From: Syncephalis fuscata S228
Lineage: Eukaryota > Fungi > Zoopagomycota
NCBI GenBank assembly: GCA_025786725.1
Contig: JAHLTZ010000010.1
Span: 186,001 to 250,000 of the forward strand
Direction of reading: 5' to 3'
DNA: 64,000 nt
Numbering within the stretch: the first letter of the stretch is position 1; each line of letters starts with the position of its first letter. A program made the translations under genes and the position numbers. Positions 14,854-29,926 of this stretch are shown here, piece after piece. The notes beneath the pieces are model-generated. The model worked only from the letters and a program-made list of their open reading frames with translations. It was not told the origin of the DNA and did not search any database.

Positions 14854-14932
14854 AATGGATTATTTTTCCTTTCTATTGAAGTTGCTATTAAAACACGTTT
14901 ATTCGCTTGAGTTTTTGTTTTCCCCTCATTTA

Positions 14933-17379
14933 TTAAGTTGTTTTTGTTGCTTGAGATATAGAACTAAGTTATAGTGTGTATGTGTATGTATGTGTATTAG
15001 TGTATATAATTAATATAAATCGGCTATAAATTACCTAAATTCTACGGTACGGCTAGCTGGCCAATAAACATACCATGAATGAGCATTGCCTGGAAATGAG
15101 CCTGGATTAAAACATTGACAGCCATTTTGAACTACGGAAAATGGAGATGCTTGATCTCCTAACACTAGCTAATAGTTCAATCATACAATAAATGACCATT
15201 GATACTTATTACAAGCTATTCAGTAGACAGTATTAACACCACTTACTACATCAGGTGTTTGATAAAGCCGTAAAGCATGATCAACCTCCCAGAAGATTGG
15301 TTGACGATAAATAGGTATAGGCGTTAAGTGTCCCTGAGATAATATTGTTTGTACCAACTGTAATTATAAAGCTATTAGACTATAACTTGTATTAAATACA
15401 TCAATACTGACCTGTTTAGATAAAGCACCTTTTCTATCATCTGCAGGTACAACACAATAACGGCGCATTTTAGCCAATAAATTGGAACGAAATATTACAA
15501 TATTCTGAGAACCATAATGAATTCTATTATAATAATATTAGAATTAGAATTGTTATTATTAATAATATGCATATATATATATATAGCTACTTACCGACAA
15601 GGATTGGATGTAAATGTAACATGTTTGAGTCTTGTGCGTAACTTTTCAGTAAATGTATCGGGAATAGGTCGTTGTGGTAGTGTATCGCCAGACCATGGAT
15701 CATTGGGGCCAGGTACAAATATAAATCGACATTGATCACGTAAAACTCGATATTGACTAATAAGATCGGCTAATTGATTAAAATTATCTATTACAATGCC
15801 AATAATTATATATTATTATATTATATATGTGTATTTAATACAATAATGGTCATTACAATGTACCTTTATACTGATCAGTACAATGTTGACGACTAATATG
15901 AAGTGGATAGGAAGAAAAGCTACCCATAAATACAAAGGCTATAGGTAAGAGTGCCGGATCAGAAGTAGAGGCATAACCTTCAAAAATAGTCTGTAAATGA
16001 TCAAATATCTATTGTATATTATAAGCAATATACTCTATTTAAATAATATTCACTTACACCTGGTCTATCCAAATGTAGATCTGATAGAAATACAATGGAA
16101 GCATTTTGGTAATGTTGTTCAAATTGAATAAGTGAATATTCCAATGGCTATGATATATATATAGATTAGTATATCTATATTATAATGTTACAATATACTT
16201 GTCATTACCTTTGTTGATAAACCATAGAAATCTATTGAATTAAGCGATGAACTATTCTTTACTTAATAAATATACTATAATCAGCTATAAAGGACTACTT
16301 ACGGCAAATAACTTTCAATAATAGGTGGCATTGATAATTGTTGCACCTTAAATACTTGATCTTCCATAAGCATGCCTTTTACCAAAACAAATGAATTCTC
16401 TGTAAATAATCCAGACGAATGAATCTATTGTCAATTAATCAATAGCCATCACTAGCAATAATACACAGCTTAAACACTTACACTGGTCGATAAATCAAGG
16501 GCAACTTGACCATCACGTTCTTCCAAATGAATACGGCCTTCTTCAAGCTGTGACAGCATACCAAATAATAAAAACTCCTCGCCGACTCGACCCCTTAATG
16601 AATTAATATTGGTAATCTATTAATAATAGAATACAGCAATACACTACTATAAATATCTATCAACTCTTGTATAAACCACTTACCCTTAATGAAGATGTAG
16701 AGAATAGATGATTGGTGTTTAGATAGTCACTTTGTTGTAATCGCTGTTTAATAATGGTGGAACGGTCATTATACATTTGAATCTTGGCTTCAGCATTGGC
16801 TAATAGACTATACTCTCCATTTACATCTCTAAAATACTAATTAATAGTTTATAAAATTGTTTCACTATTCGTACCTAATATATTTGCCTTGTTCATGGCT
16901 ATAACGCCATCTAGGCAATTCAAATGCATTACTGATATGTAAATGTTCATCTATCAATCCTATAACTAAAGATTGATCAATATCCATTTCTGTACCATCC
17001 AATGCTTTTATATCATTTGAATCTGCTGTATTATTATCGCTATTATTGCTGTTATTGGTGGTGGTATTGGCTGTATTGGTGGTAGATGGACCAGTATTTA
17101 ACAACATGCGGAATAGCTCTTCCATACCAGCTTGATTTAATATACCTTCATTATCTAGTTATTATAACATTAAAATGTACACGGATATTGTATTTATACC
17201 ATGAACTTACCCGTCCGTTGTATATACTGAAGGGCCAATTGCTCAAGTAGTTGAGTTTGGTTAGCCTCAGGTAAGTTATGACGGGCCATAAAATCGATAA
17301 CATAGTCGGTGGCCTCCGGATGTAGTACTATACCGTATTTACGAGTAAACGCACGGTAAACCTTTTGCTTCGTGCTCAT
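14933..17379 (-). CDS. DPB2: DNA polymerase epsilon subunit B (POLE2/DPB2), multi-exon
   Basis: [73 protein letters not shown]. The last small exon (14933-14963) is less certain. Confidence 0.9.
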
Positions 17380-17480
17380 ATCGCCTAAAGACCTGCGTGC
17401 CACACAAGAAGAATAAGAAGAGAAAAAGAAAAAGATCAAAAGCAAGAGACGAACAAATGAGAATGAACGGAATTTCAATA

Positions 17481-17536
17481 TGACGTCGCGTTTAAAACGC
17501 GTTTCTTTCTTTTTTGATCTTCTTTCTAGTCGCGTA
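17481..17536. promoter_or_regulatory. Bidirectional DPB2/RAD21 promoter with clustered CGCG-core (MCB-like) elements
   Basis: ACGCGT at 17497-17502, two TCGCGT sites and a TGACGTC in the ~208-bp gap between the divergent start codons. Confidence 0.6.
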
Positions 17537-17587
17537 CACTTTTTTGATTGCTTTGTTGACAGATTATTTACACGGCTAGTGTTCAGT

Positions 17588-19980
17588 ATGGTCTATTACG
17601 ATGCAACTATTGTTCGTAAGGGCCCATTGGCCCGTGTCTGGTTGGCTGCTCATTGGGAGCGTAAAATGAGTAAAACCCAGTATATTCAAGTGGATATTCG
17701 TAACTCAGTTGGTAAATAGTCTTACAATATTTGTTACAAAAATAAATAATAGAGTGTATTGTGAATATCTACTAGGTGCTATCATTGGAGAAGACCAGCC
17801 ACCGCTTGCTTTACGCTTCTCGGGTCAATTACTATTAGGCGTGGTTAAGATTTATTCACGTAAAGCGCGGTATTTACTTGAAGACTGTGGCGATGCTTTA
17901 GTAAAACTTAAAATGGTAATTTTAAATAGACTAATATTTACTAATTATTTATAGTAACACTATCAATCAAACATTAATAATATCGTATGTAGGCATTTCA
18001 AACAGGTCTCGTAGATATGCCCACTGAAATGACACGAGCATCATTACAAACCATCACTGTGGGCGATGCAGTTACTGAATCCGATATTTTATTACCAGTG
18101 GCTGATTTCACTCTTGAGTACGTAATAGGATATAGAGTATATAATACATAGAGTATACTAATATGCTAACATTAATCTATTTATTTAGATGGGATGCCGC
18201 TGGTCTACTTCAACCACAACATGAACATGCCAATCGTATGCTGGCCCGTCGGCAGGATATTACACTGCGTCAATCCTATTTTGCATCGGCTTCCATGTTG
18301 GAAGGATCAACTCAGTATACCATGGAGGATCCTTTACAAATGGGATTGGAAGATGATTATGAATTGGATATTGGAGATCTTCTTAACAATATCGAGCCTA
18401 GTTTGGAGATTGAAATGGCCCGAGATGCTCAAGCTGAAATGCTCAGTTCAAATCGATTACTAAGTGATAATGGAGCATTGGACGATATGAGTAAAGATAT
18501 GTCACTTATTCAAAATATGATGGATCTTGAACTATCAACGGATAAATTGGCGCAGCAACAGCAAATGCATTCAATGGAAGTCAATGGTCGAGACCCATTG
18601 TTACAAGAGTCTATCAATCTAGAGGATAACCAACATCCTTTGGATTTTGATGTTTTAGGCGATTTACCATGTAAGCATATATAGTAATTATTAAACTACC
18701 TAACATAATGATAACAGCCATTGCTGAGTTATCTGCCCAGACTATTGGCGGTGATTTATTTAACAGATCTCTATTACCAGAGATGATGAATGAACAACGG
18801 CAGCAATCGTTGTCATCGGGACTAGTCTCTTCATTGCAATCTACGCAGCAACAACAACAAAAACAGCGTCGTCGTCGTCGTCGTCGTGTATTGATCGATG
18901 AGGTAACCGAGTTGACTCGCCAAGAAATGATGTTGGATTCATCTAATCTAGATTCTGATGAGGTAATTACTAGTCTGTATATAACGAGTGCATTATTAAT
19001 ATACAATATATGTAATATAATATAACATGCCTAGGAATCTATGAATCGGTCATCAAGTAATCACGATTGGCAAACAATTCAATCTGATCCAGCCAACTAT
19101 TATCTTGGGCCACCATCTGATCTACCACCAGAATTAACAGCACTATTCCAACAGGCTCAGAAGAGAGCTATTCCTGATGCAATTGAAACGCCACGTCTAG
19201 CAAAACATAAGCGGCTTAGTTCTTCGTTATTAGCGCCGACACCACTGGATGCATTCCTGGGTAATACTCCAGGTAGCATACTAAGTGATCGATCTGCCGT
19301 TAATCTATTGGGCAATAATGTAGATATTTCAGCTAATGAGCCTATGCCGCCCATGGAAGACTGGGACGATATTGCACCGACACCTGGACTGCCTGGACTA
19401 TCGCCTATGCCGCTATCTTCATTTTCGCCATTGAATATGGCCTCGCCTTTAATGGATAACAGTATTCATAATGTAGCGGGGATGGCGACACCACATCATC
19501 CAGACATGTTGGCCATTAATAGTAAGTTTATTAATTATTGTTATTAAGTCCATATTAATATCGCTGATTAGATAATCAATTATTTGATGAGATTGAATCA
19601 CAAACCAGTCAACTATCCACAGCTCAATCACGACACACGTTAAGAGCTGCTCAATTAATTAAACAGCAATTAAATACAGATACGCAAACCATTGGTTTCA
19701 ACCAATTGGCTCAGGGTGTACGTAACTATTAGTACGATTTAAGTGGCTATATGATTAATAGTGACTATTTGTAGGCAAAACGATCAGATGCGGCACGTCT
19801 ATTCTTTGAAGTACTTGTGCTCAATACAAAACAAGCTATCCGAGCTGAACAGTCAACTCCATTTGGTGATATTCATATTCATGCTACGGTAAGTAGACGG
19901 TGTGCATTACAAGCTAATTAAATATTAAGCATGTTGATTAGGATCGCTTGATACAGGAACACATTGCACTGGGTGTTTAA
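17588..19980 (+). CDS. RAD21: Cohesin kleisin subunit Rad21/Scc1/Mcd1, multi-exon
   Basis: [48 protein letters not shown]; C-terminal [22 protein letters not shown] winged helix. Confidence 0.93.
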
Positions 19981-20093
19981 TCACATGATACGTAGAGTGG
20001 TCCAATTGAAATAAACATTTATTTTTGGTATTTACCAGCTTATAACTGTATTATATTATATTTGTTATTGTTTGTTATTATTGCCTATCTACT

Positions 20094-21168
20094 ATGCCGC
20101 CATTTAACGCACCACGTACTAAAGTACAGCTGAAGTTGGCGGTGAATCGAATAAAGCTGCTTTATACTAAAAAGAAAGCGGTTAATGAGCAATTACGACG
20201 AGACATTGCACAGTTGCTGGAACAGGACAAGGAAGCAAGTGCGCGTATTCGGGTAGATAGCTTGTTAATAACCAAGGAATCTAAGTAATAAAGTTGCGTG
20301 TATACGTGATGTTATAGGTTGAGCACATCATTCGTGAAGACTATTTACTCGAAGGTTTAGAGCAAGTTGAGCTTTATTGTGAACTGTTATTGGCCCGGTT
20401 TGGTCTATTGGAAGGAATTCAGTAAGTATGGCCACAATAGTGTATAGGCACTAACAAGCATACTGCCACTTAGACCGTATCTTGGCTGTGACCCAGGTAT
20501 TGAAGAGGCGATACATGCCATTCTCTATGCGGCAGGTCGAATTGAAGGCGTTAAAGAGCTATTGATTGTACGGGATTTATTGGCCCCACGATTTGGTCGT
20601 GATTTTATATTGGCGGCGGTAGAAGATCGGGATAATATTGTCAATGAACGAGTAAGTAATATTGTTTAAATTACATCATACTAATGAGATGGATATACGA
20701 TTAGTTAGTGGCACGTTTAAATATCGGTACACCCGAAACCTTGCTCGTTGACCGTTACTTGGAAGAAATTGCTCGTAGCTTTAAAATAAAATGGAAATCA
20801 CCCGATACCATTACCGATGAAGAGGATCTGGAGGAGGCATCAGCATTAAACGAGCCTAAAGTAAGCAAATAGTTTAACGTTGTATAAGTAGCTATTAAAT
20901 TGTATGTATGTACATGAATTATTAGAAGAATGTGGCAGGTTGTGCGAAATGCGATGCGCATATACAGGCAAGTCATTGAAATGACCATCTCGTATTTATT
21001 AACAATATGTGTGTATATGTGTATGTCATTGAATATTGGTTGTTTTAGAATGTATCGGATACAAGTAGCAATAACAGTGCTGTTAAACCATCTATCGTGA
21101 CCTCTGCGTCAGAAATGCCTACGCTTGATGATCTTGCAGCACGATTGGAAGCACTTAAACGACAGTAA
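20094..21168 (+). CDS. IST1: ESCRT-III-associated protein Ist1, multi-exon
   Basis: KVQLKLAVNRIKLL, ARIR|VEHIIRED, ELYCELLLARFGL, C-terminal MIM-like DDLAARLEALKRQ*. Confidence 0.92.
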
Positions 21169-22233
21169 ATAAATAAAATGATATTAACATCTTTGTAAAA
21201 AACGATTATATTTATTTATATCAATTTATTCTATATTTATACTAAAACATATACTTAGTATATGTATATTGAATCGATGCATTGTCATATATGTGGCACT
21301 ACTTCCAACCCATTGTATCAAGAACACGGGCCACATTATTTATTTGCAAAAGGTGACTTTTGCTATTTATGCTTAATAAGCTGTTTCTTATGTATCAGTA
21401 TAATAAATGTAAGTGATTTTGTTGTCATTTGCGTATGATTCTCTTGTAACAGCCAATTTTATTTGCTCGGAAATTAAACAAAAATAATTGGTCAGTACAG
21501 CCACTGGCTAGATACTTTGATTGATAAGCATGAATGACCAATTAGGCATTATAATATTAGTTATCTGGTGACCTGTAGCCATTGGTGCAAACAATAGCAC
21601 CCACATGTATAACGTGATTCACGTTGTGTAGAATAAGCCCTTGTCTGAGCCTAGAACCTAAATATAACCAGTACGTTGATATTTGTATTATAGACAATTA
21701 AGGCCTAGTAAATGGATATTATTATTTACAAAATAATTTGTAATTTAATGAAATGAACAACTGAAAGCATAATATTAGCTGGTTTATTATCAATACTGGC
21801 AAAATAATAAATTTAATCCAAGTGTTTTATTAATTCGGTCTAAAGCTAGCTCTTCGCCGAACAAGTGAGCGTGCCACTCACTAACATGCATGCTTTTTCT
21901 GTAAATAGATATTGGCGTAAATCTATACCATACCTGTGGTTTGGTTGATTTTATATCTCCACTTTTGACCTGGATGGTGTAATATTCTTAACCGGCTAGT
22001 GTTTGGGATTTGTGCCACCTATACTATGCATAAGCTGGTCTAGAATACTCATAACAGGCCGTATTAACTTAATAACAGGATTTATGAAACTTGGTTTGGC
22101 AGTATGTTATTTAAAAGTTCAATCAATTAAAATCAACTGCATAGCTGCAATTGCCGTTTTCATGCTCATCTTATAGTTTGGTTTTTATTTTTATTATTTA
22201 TGATATCAAGCATAGTAGTTAGGTTATAATACC

Positions 22234-23152
22234 ATGCCTAGTATTGAACACAGCAAGATTATCCAGCCGGGATGGGAGAAAAGCGCCAGACATCTCTGGG
22301 GAATTCCACTTTATCCATCGGGCGAAATGGATGCAATTGAATACATAATGGAAGATCCAAGCAATATGAGCGAGATGCAAAAGCGCTTATATGGATTTTA
22401 TTTTCAACTAGTCCCAAACATATTTATTTTGTATATGTTTTGTTCAAATCATGTTGAGGCCTTAAAGCTAATTAAACATCGTCCCAAGACCATGTCTAGC
22501 TGTCTCTGTACAATACCTGCTTTTTTGGGCGTAATGTTTGGTCTATGTGTAGTGCTAAGCATGCTTTCGGTGGGTATCAACTGCCGAATCTATGCATGGT
22601 ACGCCAACGTTTGTTTATTAGTTTCCGCCGTTTGCAACAGCTCTATTGTACTCCAAAAAGCGTATATTGTCCAAAATCGCAACTTTTGGATCTTAGCCGT
22701 TGGATCGGTTTCATGCTACCGCAACTGGGGTATGTGTACTACGCCTGGGTATATTCCATTATGACGCTTGATCCATCTCTCGGCTGTGTATTTAACTATC
22801 CAACATTTCTGCCATACTACTGGTTTGGTGCAGAAATGCCACTTAACTTTTTCTTTTCCCTCCTTTTTGCCCGTGTTGCCTATAAACAGTATCACATGTT
22901 TGGATCAAAGGCATGGAAGCGCCTGGCGCGCGACGGTATACAAATTATGATTCTGGCTGTGCTTTGCAACATTATATGCGTTATCATGATTGTGCTCGAA
23001 GTAGGTGGTGATTTTTCTCAAATGTTTTTCCTTGCTAATTGGTAAGTATTGGCAGTCCACTAGCTTCATAAACTTACTCGTTTGCCTTTAGGCTTATTAC
23101 CTCAAAACTTTTAATATCGCATTGCCATAAAATGCGCTTGGTTAAAAAATAA
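22234..23152 (+). CDS. Multi-pass (7TM/GPCR-like) membrane protein, paralog of 45363-46384
   Basis: Two overlapping hydrophobic ORFs joined by a probable 1-bp frameshift near 22710; one 3' intron 23042-23091; shares CR..AW, LQKAY, GCVF.YP, EMP.N, W.RL..DG motifs with the paralog. Confidence 0.7.
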
Positions 23153-23520
23153 TCCATGCCACTCAAACAACCGGAATCACCTATTACTAATCCATAAGGT
23201 GCAAGCAGAGATTGATGTTTCAAAATAGTTTTATTTGATAATTATCGGCTGTATCAGCGTACTATTGCCAATCTTCTTTATGTCACTAAATGTTTATACA
23301 AATAAACATTATTTATATTAATTGCAATTTATAAAATGCTACATGCTTATTAAGTAAATGTGTAATAAGTTACAATAAAGTTAAATAAAAATACATGTCC
23401 AGTATAAGTATGAAATAAAACGATATATCACAAGTCAAGCGCATAGTCCATATAAAGCCATATCTCCAGCAACAAACATATCGGAATATAATAGCTTTAT
23501 TTTTAAAAGATCATATTATA

Positions 23521-24668
23521 GCATATTCAAATATTATGTGCAGTGAGTAAGCCAGTACTTTTATTATTTAGACATATGTAAATCGACTTATCTGTATTAT
23601 CCAACCAATAACTAGTAAGCAATAATCTAATCAAAATTACTGATTAAAAATAAAGAATAATCTCACGTAGGCCGTCTAATCTAATAGTTCATTTATTTAC
23701 AATAGCAAAACAGATAATTACATTGATACTAAAATTAGTAATTGATTGCACCAAAATTTAATATGCAGTAAAACAGACTTCAACTTTATTAGTATGTTCA
23801 GTTATGTGCTACTTTGATATTTGGTGCATTTATGATTTTAGAATGGAAAATAATTATTTTGCAACCACGTCTCTTGTGGTGACCACAGAACACAAAACAA
23901 AATAACTATTCCAAAAGTAAAAGTAAGAATAGAATGTAAGGCCGGAAATATAAAGCAATGCCACAATGTGCCATTTAATTGAACATAGCCATTGCCACTC
24001 TAAACTTTCTAGCTGTAACAGCCGTAGACAAGGGAATTGTAAATAAAAATCGTTTTTATTGTTATAGCATATTGCTGTTTATATAAAGTGTAGCATTTAC
24101 AAATAATCGTAAATCCTGTTTACATTACCGATGATCGAAATGATCAATACGTAACACTGTATTAGTTACTTCTAAGACATTATAACAAGAAGTAGTAATT
24201 ACTTTGCTTACCACGCTAGTTTCAGAGATTATCTTTTTGGTATGGCGTATTATATATTTTGATTAATTGAATCCTAATTGAATAACCTGGATTCCTATTT
24301 TTTGTTGTTTTAGCGGCACAACATTAAACATGTTTGTATACGATTTGTGCCTATCCTGCAGTCTGTATTAAATAATGCAGTAGTAATTATGCATAATGTA
24401 AACAAAAGCTATTGATTGCTGTATCTACAACAATCTATTTTAGCATAATAACTATTGTTTAAACCAGTCTTTCTGTGTTTAAATCATGGCATTTCTGAGC
24501 CTTAATCAGTATTGACAAAAAGCAATTTCAATATACAGAGTTTACAAGCAGTCTATGGTTTTTTTGAATATCAACACTTGAAAAATAGGAGCCACACAAA
24601 AATGGTATCATTATAATGGCTACGCTTTTATCACGTCGCTCAATATATATATATATAGAAATGAGAAT
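23521..24668. repeat. ~1.15 kb dispersed repeat, copy B (inverted)
   Basis: Reverse complement of 5727-6880 with few substitutions. Confidence 0.9.
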
Positions 24669-24869
24669 AACATAATAAGCAAATATGCATTTAATATATT
24701 CTAAACTTTTAGCCACGGGTTGTTTTGATGTAATTTAATAAAATAATTGGATTTTATAACAAAAACACCAATATTGCAATGCTTATTCCCAATTTAACTA
24801 GAATCTATACTACAAGATAATAGTGATCATATTTGGTTGCGCACAATGCTATTTGTTGACCTATCTGAT

Positions 24870-27398
24870 TTACTCAAGCTCTTGTTGCGTGAAAACAGTA
24901 TATTGCTTCAAAACTTGATCCCATGAGATCTTTTCCTCGACCAATTGTTTCAGCACATCCACAATAGTTTCAATCTAAAAATAAAGTTAGTAATAATTAA
25001 AAATAATTATGACCGTATTTTCTACCTTTTCACGAATCTGCAGTGTACTATCTCGTTCACGTAACGTAATCGTGTTATCTTGGACAGTTTGGAAATCAAT
25101 AGTAATGCCAAATGGCGTACCAAGTTCGTCATTACGAGCGTAGGTACGTCCAACTGAAACGGACGAGTTATCAACGGTGTTGCTAATACCTTGTCGACGA
25201 AGACGAGCCGCTATTATCAAATGTTAATAATTACATTCAAGTATTGCTATCTACACTTGCCAATATCGCCCAAAAATGGAGTAAATGCCTTATTGTTGGA
25301 CAGTGGCTGTACAAGACATTTGGTAGGGGCTACCACAGTTGGGAATGAAAGTACCTAATCGATGATGATTATACATAAGAAATAAACAATTTAAATTAGA
25401 CTAATATTATCAATAATCAATTGTAAACCTTACACCACGTTGCTCATCGCCTTCACGTGTCCAGTAAACATGCTCCATAAGCGAATACAAAATACGACCA
25501 ATACCGAACGATGGTTCAATCACATTAGGTGTATACTCGCGTACTAGTAATAATAACATTAATACACAATACAACAATTAGTATAGAAGATAGCCTACCA
25601 TGTTCAGTGATGGTTGCATGTTCAATGGTTATCATAGCCTGGGTAACCTCATATTGTTCACCGTTAGCGGTAGTAATGGATGTTTTTCTATTCAAATTCA
25701 GTTAACTATGCAAATATAAATGAGTATCCATTACACTTACCCATCGTTCTCATCCATACGCTTCTTAAGTGCTTCCAATTCACACTCGGTTAGACTGGTC
25801 AATGCATCCTCGACAATCTTGGCCGATTTCTTTAATGCTGGACCAAACACCTTCTTGTTAATCTCAATTTGCCAGCGCTGGAAGACACGTGGTTCTGGTA
25901 GTGACTCGCGTACAATAAGCTTCTCTTTGGTACGTGCCGTATGCACCGTAAGATCATAGGCTGATCGGTCTGCACAGCCAACACACTCAATCCATCCCTA
26001 TTTCATATCAATATTAGCCATTTTGTTCCATTTATGTTTGTTTATGTATTTGTAGTAGCTTACATAGCTTGTATGGATTTCAGCATCCCAACAATCGCAA
26101 GCATAATGAGCCATTTCATTAGACAAATGCTGACGGAATCGTAGACGGTCCGACTTGATACCAATGCGTGTGAGGAATAAATAGACACGAGCCAAAAAGT
26201 AGCCAAGTGTTTGGTTATCGATTATTTTCTAAATAAAAAACATTGAATTAAAATCTATTTAATATAGTAAATAGCCCGTCAACTTACTTTGTCAACTGCC
26301 TCGCCAACTGTTATATCGATTAAATCGGTCTTACCCTGCAATTGAACACTGGCTGGAAGTAGGCGGATTGTTTGGTTACGCATATCATCGAATCGTGGAT
26401 GGTCTTGTTAGCTGGATCAACATAATGCTCAATCTCGGCCATGGTAAATTCACTACAAGTATATTATTATAATTAGTTGGCTACTTGCTATTATTAAATA
26501 TATATATATATATATATAGGTGCTTAATTACCGAACACGAAGTAAGCCCGAACGCGGACTAATTTCATTACGGAAAGAGCGACCAATTTGTGCTGATGCA
26601 AACGGCATGCGATCGTTATTGAATTCCAATAAACGTTTAAAGTTTAAAAATTGGCCCTGAGCCGTTTCGGGGCGTAGATAGCTACAATGGCCATTAGGCA
26701 TTAGCTTGTCATATATAGTTGTAATAATACCATTCTACTGACCCTTTCAAATGGCCCGTGGGACCAATGCTGCTCTCAAACATTAAATTAAATTCAGTTG
26801 GCTTTGTTAACTCATTGTTAGTTTCTGGGGATTTGATGCCAAATTGCTCAATCAATTGGGCAAGACCTTCACCGTCGTAGTTATCAATCTGTGCCAACAC
26901 TGATCGGTAGCTTTCCTTGACACTATCCTCTAGCTTTACTGCGGTCACCTTGGCCGGCTTCTTCTTCTTCTTTTTATCATCCTTATCATCTTTAACAACA
27001 TCGGCAGTGATGTTTAGTGCGCTGGCACCTTGTTCTGCTTGCCGGGCAATGGCGTCACCTTCCAAACGTGCCTCAAGCACACCCTCTACCAAGTGATCGG
27101 CGCGGAAGATCTCGCCTGTCTTGACGTCCTTGCACATCCAGTCGGTAAACTTATCGACATGTCCACTCGTTTTAAGCACTTCGGCCGGTGTCATGATACT
27201 GCAATCGAGTTCAAGCATATCTTCTTCTAAAACGAAATGCTGTCGCCACAATTGTAAGATATTGGCCTGAAGTGCACAGCCTGGTGGCCCATAATCGTAT
27301 AAGCCTGCCACACCACCATAAATGCTGAAAGATGGAGCAAAGAAGAAGCGCTTTAACAGCAGTTGCTCGAAAGCAGCTCGATCAAACTTGGCAGCCAT
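24870..27398 (-). CDS. GRS1: Glycyl-tRNA synthetase, multi-exon
   Basis: [87 protein letters not shown]. Confidence 0.96.
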
Positions 27399-28073
27399 GT
27401 TGAACTATAAGCAACAAATAACGATTGAGTTGAAGAAAAACAACGTATTATTCTCAACTGAGCTATTGTATTTTGACTCCTACATTTTTTATTTACTCAT
27501 TTCATTTCATTTTCTTAATATTTTTAAATACAATTAAACATTTACTCATTACTATTCCATGTATAATATTACATCCAACATTAATTGATTCATGTGTAAT
27601 TATCAATGCAATAATGTAATTGATTAGTTATATTTACTATTAATTTAATATATATATATTGCCATTATAATATTAATTGTTCAAAATGTCATTTATTTAG
27701 TCAGATTGGCTATAGGGGAAATGGCTGTTCAATAAACGACATTTATAATAATTATATTAATCTTGATCTTACATCACAAATATGCCCAAAATACAATAGT
27801 AGAATATTAGAAAATAGAAGCCAAACTATCTATCCAGATATCCAGATATATATATATATATAGCTGATATGTCAGTATCTATCTTCTGATTTCTTGTAAT
27901 TACAAAGTAAATATGTTGATTGGTAAAGTATCGAGTGTTATTTGCTGTAGTTGCTATTGTTGTCGTCACTTACCATCTGAGCAGTGCTGACGTATCCGTC
28001 TTTTACCTTTACCACCTTTCTCTCGTTCATCTATCGACTATTTACACACTAAATCTTTCTTTTGATCGATAAC

Positions 28074-29087
28074 ATGGCAAGACGATATGATTCGCGCACT
28101 ACTACCTTTTCTCCAGAAGGTAAGCTTTTATAAATACCGACCAAATGTATTGGGCTGATTCGTTGTAAACCAATCAATCTCCAACTATACTAGGACGGCT
28201 CTACCAAGTAGAGTATGCCATGGAGGCCATCTCCCATGCAGGCTCAGTATTGGGAATCTTGGCTACTGATGGCGTTGTCATTGCTGCCGAAAAGCGAATT
28301 GTATCCAAGCTATTGGAGCAAGGCACAACAAACGAGAAGATCTATGCAGTCAACGAGTAGGTAGTTAGAAGTGTTGAGTTATAATAATGCTAATAGCATA
28401 TGAATCTGCACCGATAGCAATATGATCTGTGGTGTCGCTGGTATTACATCAGATGCCAATATTCTTGTAAATAGTGTTCGACAAGCAGCGCACAATATCT
28501 ATTTACCTATAATGAGGCCATTCCCTGTGAACAACTCGTACAGCGACTATGCAATGTCAAACAAGGCTATACACAATACGGAGGCAAGTAATAAATACAT
28601 TGTATAGTATACAGCTAACATTGTACTCTGTGTATCGTTTAGGTATGCGTCCATTTGGTGTCAGTTTTGTATTTGCCGGCTGGGACCATCACTACGGCTT
28701 CCAGCTCTATCATAGCGATCCTTCGGGCAATTACAGCGGCTGGAAGGCCACTTGCATTGGCGCTAACAATGCTGCTGCACAGTCAATGCTAAAACAAGAG
28801 TACAAGGAAGATATTAGCCTTAACGAAGCCATTGGCTTGACAGTCAAAGTGCTTAGCAAAACGATGGATACTGCATCATTGACAAGCGAGAAATGTAAGT
28901 AATACACCATAGTTGCTCTATTCTATTATTCTAGCATTTTATTTATCTAATATGCTATTACATTCTAGTGGAATTTGCCACGTTAAAACTTGACGCTGAG
29001 GGTCGTTCCATCTATCAGATTCTACTACCAGATCAAATCGATGCTTTATTGGAACAGCATAAAGTGGCTCCCACCGAGTCGGAATAG
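28074..29087 (+). CDS. PRE9: 20S proteasome subunit alpha-3 (PSMA4/PRE9)
   Basis: [41 protein letters not shown]|[24 protein letters not shown]; apparent frameshift(s) near 28490-28520. Confidence 0.95.
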
Positions 29088-29926
29088 CGATTTGATTCAA
29101 CCAGCCGTTGATGTTAATATGACGTCATGAACCAAAGATAAACACTATTCAGATGAAAAAGAGGATTTTATCGTATTTAAATAGATAGAATTGGTCATTT
29201 ATTATGTGAATGTATGATATGGCTATTTTAATCAATATTTATGATGTTTATAATTAATGATCACCTATCGGGATGAGTGTGTATTTTGAGACAAATGATT
29301 AAGTAAATAGTTGTGTGTGCGCTGTGTGAGTTTTCGTGACCTTGTATGAATTCCACATGTGGGCCAATTTACTTGTCACTCCTTTTCTTTTTCCACGAAT
29401 TGCTTGCTGTCTCGTCGCAACACATTCTTATTTTACAACTACCGCCACCGCCACCTGCTATTTCAGTTGCCATTGATTGGCCTAATCGGCATATATTGTT
29501 GCTAATAGGGCATTGATTGACGGGTGGGTCGCTGCTGTGCTGCTGTTGTTGTTGTTGTTGCTGTTCCTACTACTTTTATCTGGTTCTTTGTCTACAAAAA
29601 AGAACTGCACTGTGCACAAGGTAAGCAAAGATGGGCCAGGCGGCGCTACACTGCTTATTTGCTTTTGGGATACACTTGTCTTGTCAATTGACATGCGGCG
29701 TAAATGACATGTAATATATCGAGTGCGGTGACAGTATGAATTCTCGTAATAAACGAACAGTCACTTTCCAAAGCGACATATGCGCAATGTTAATTATTGG
29801 GAGATTGTTTCTTGGATGTATGCATACTATGTGTATAAGCACTCCTGTTGCTAGTCACTCACTTATGACGGCCTTTGTATAGACATACTTATTATTTGCA
29901 CTGGTTGGACGTTACATGCTAGTAGA

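Noticed and set aside
1100-28520. Frameshifts in calpain, RCC1 protein, TM protein, GRS1 (~26405) and PRE9 as pseudogenes or programmed frameshifting
   Set aside because: They are isolated apparent 1-bp deletions in otherwise intact, partly essential genes, typical of long-read consensus error; short-read polishing would decide.
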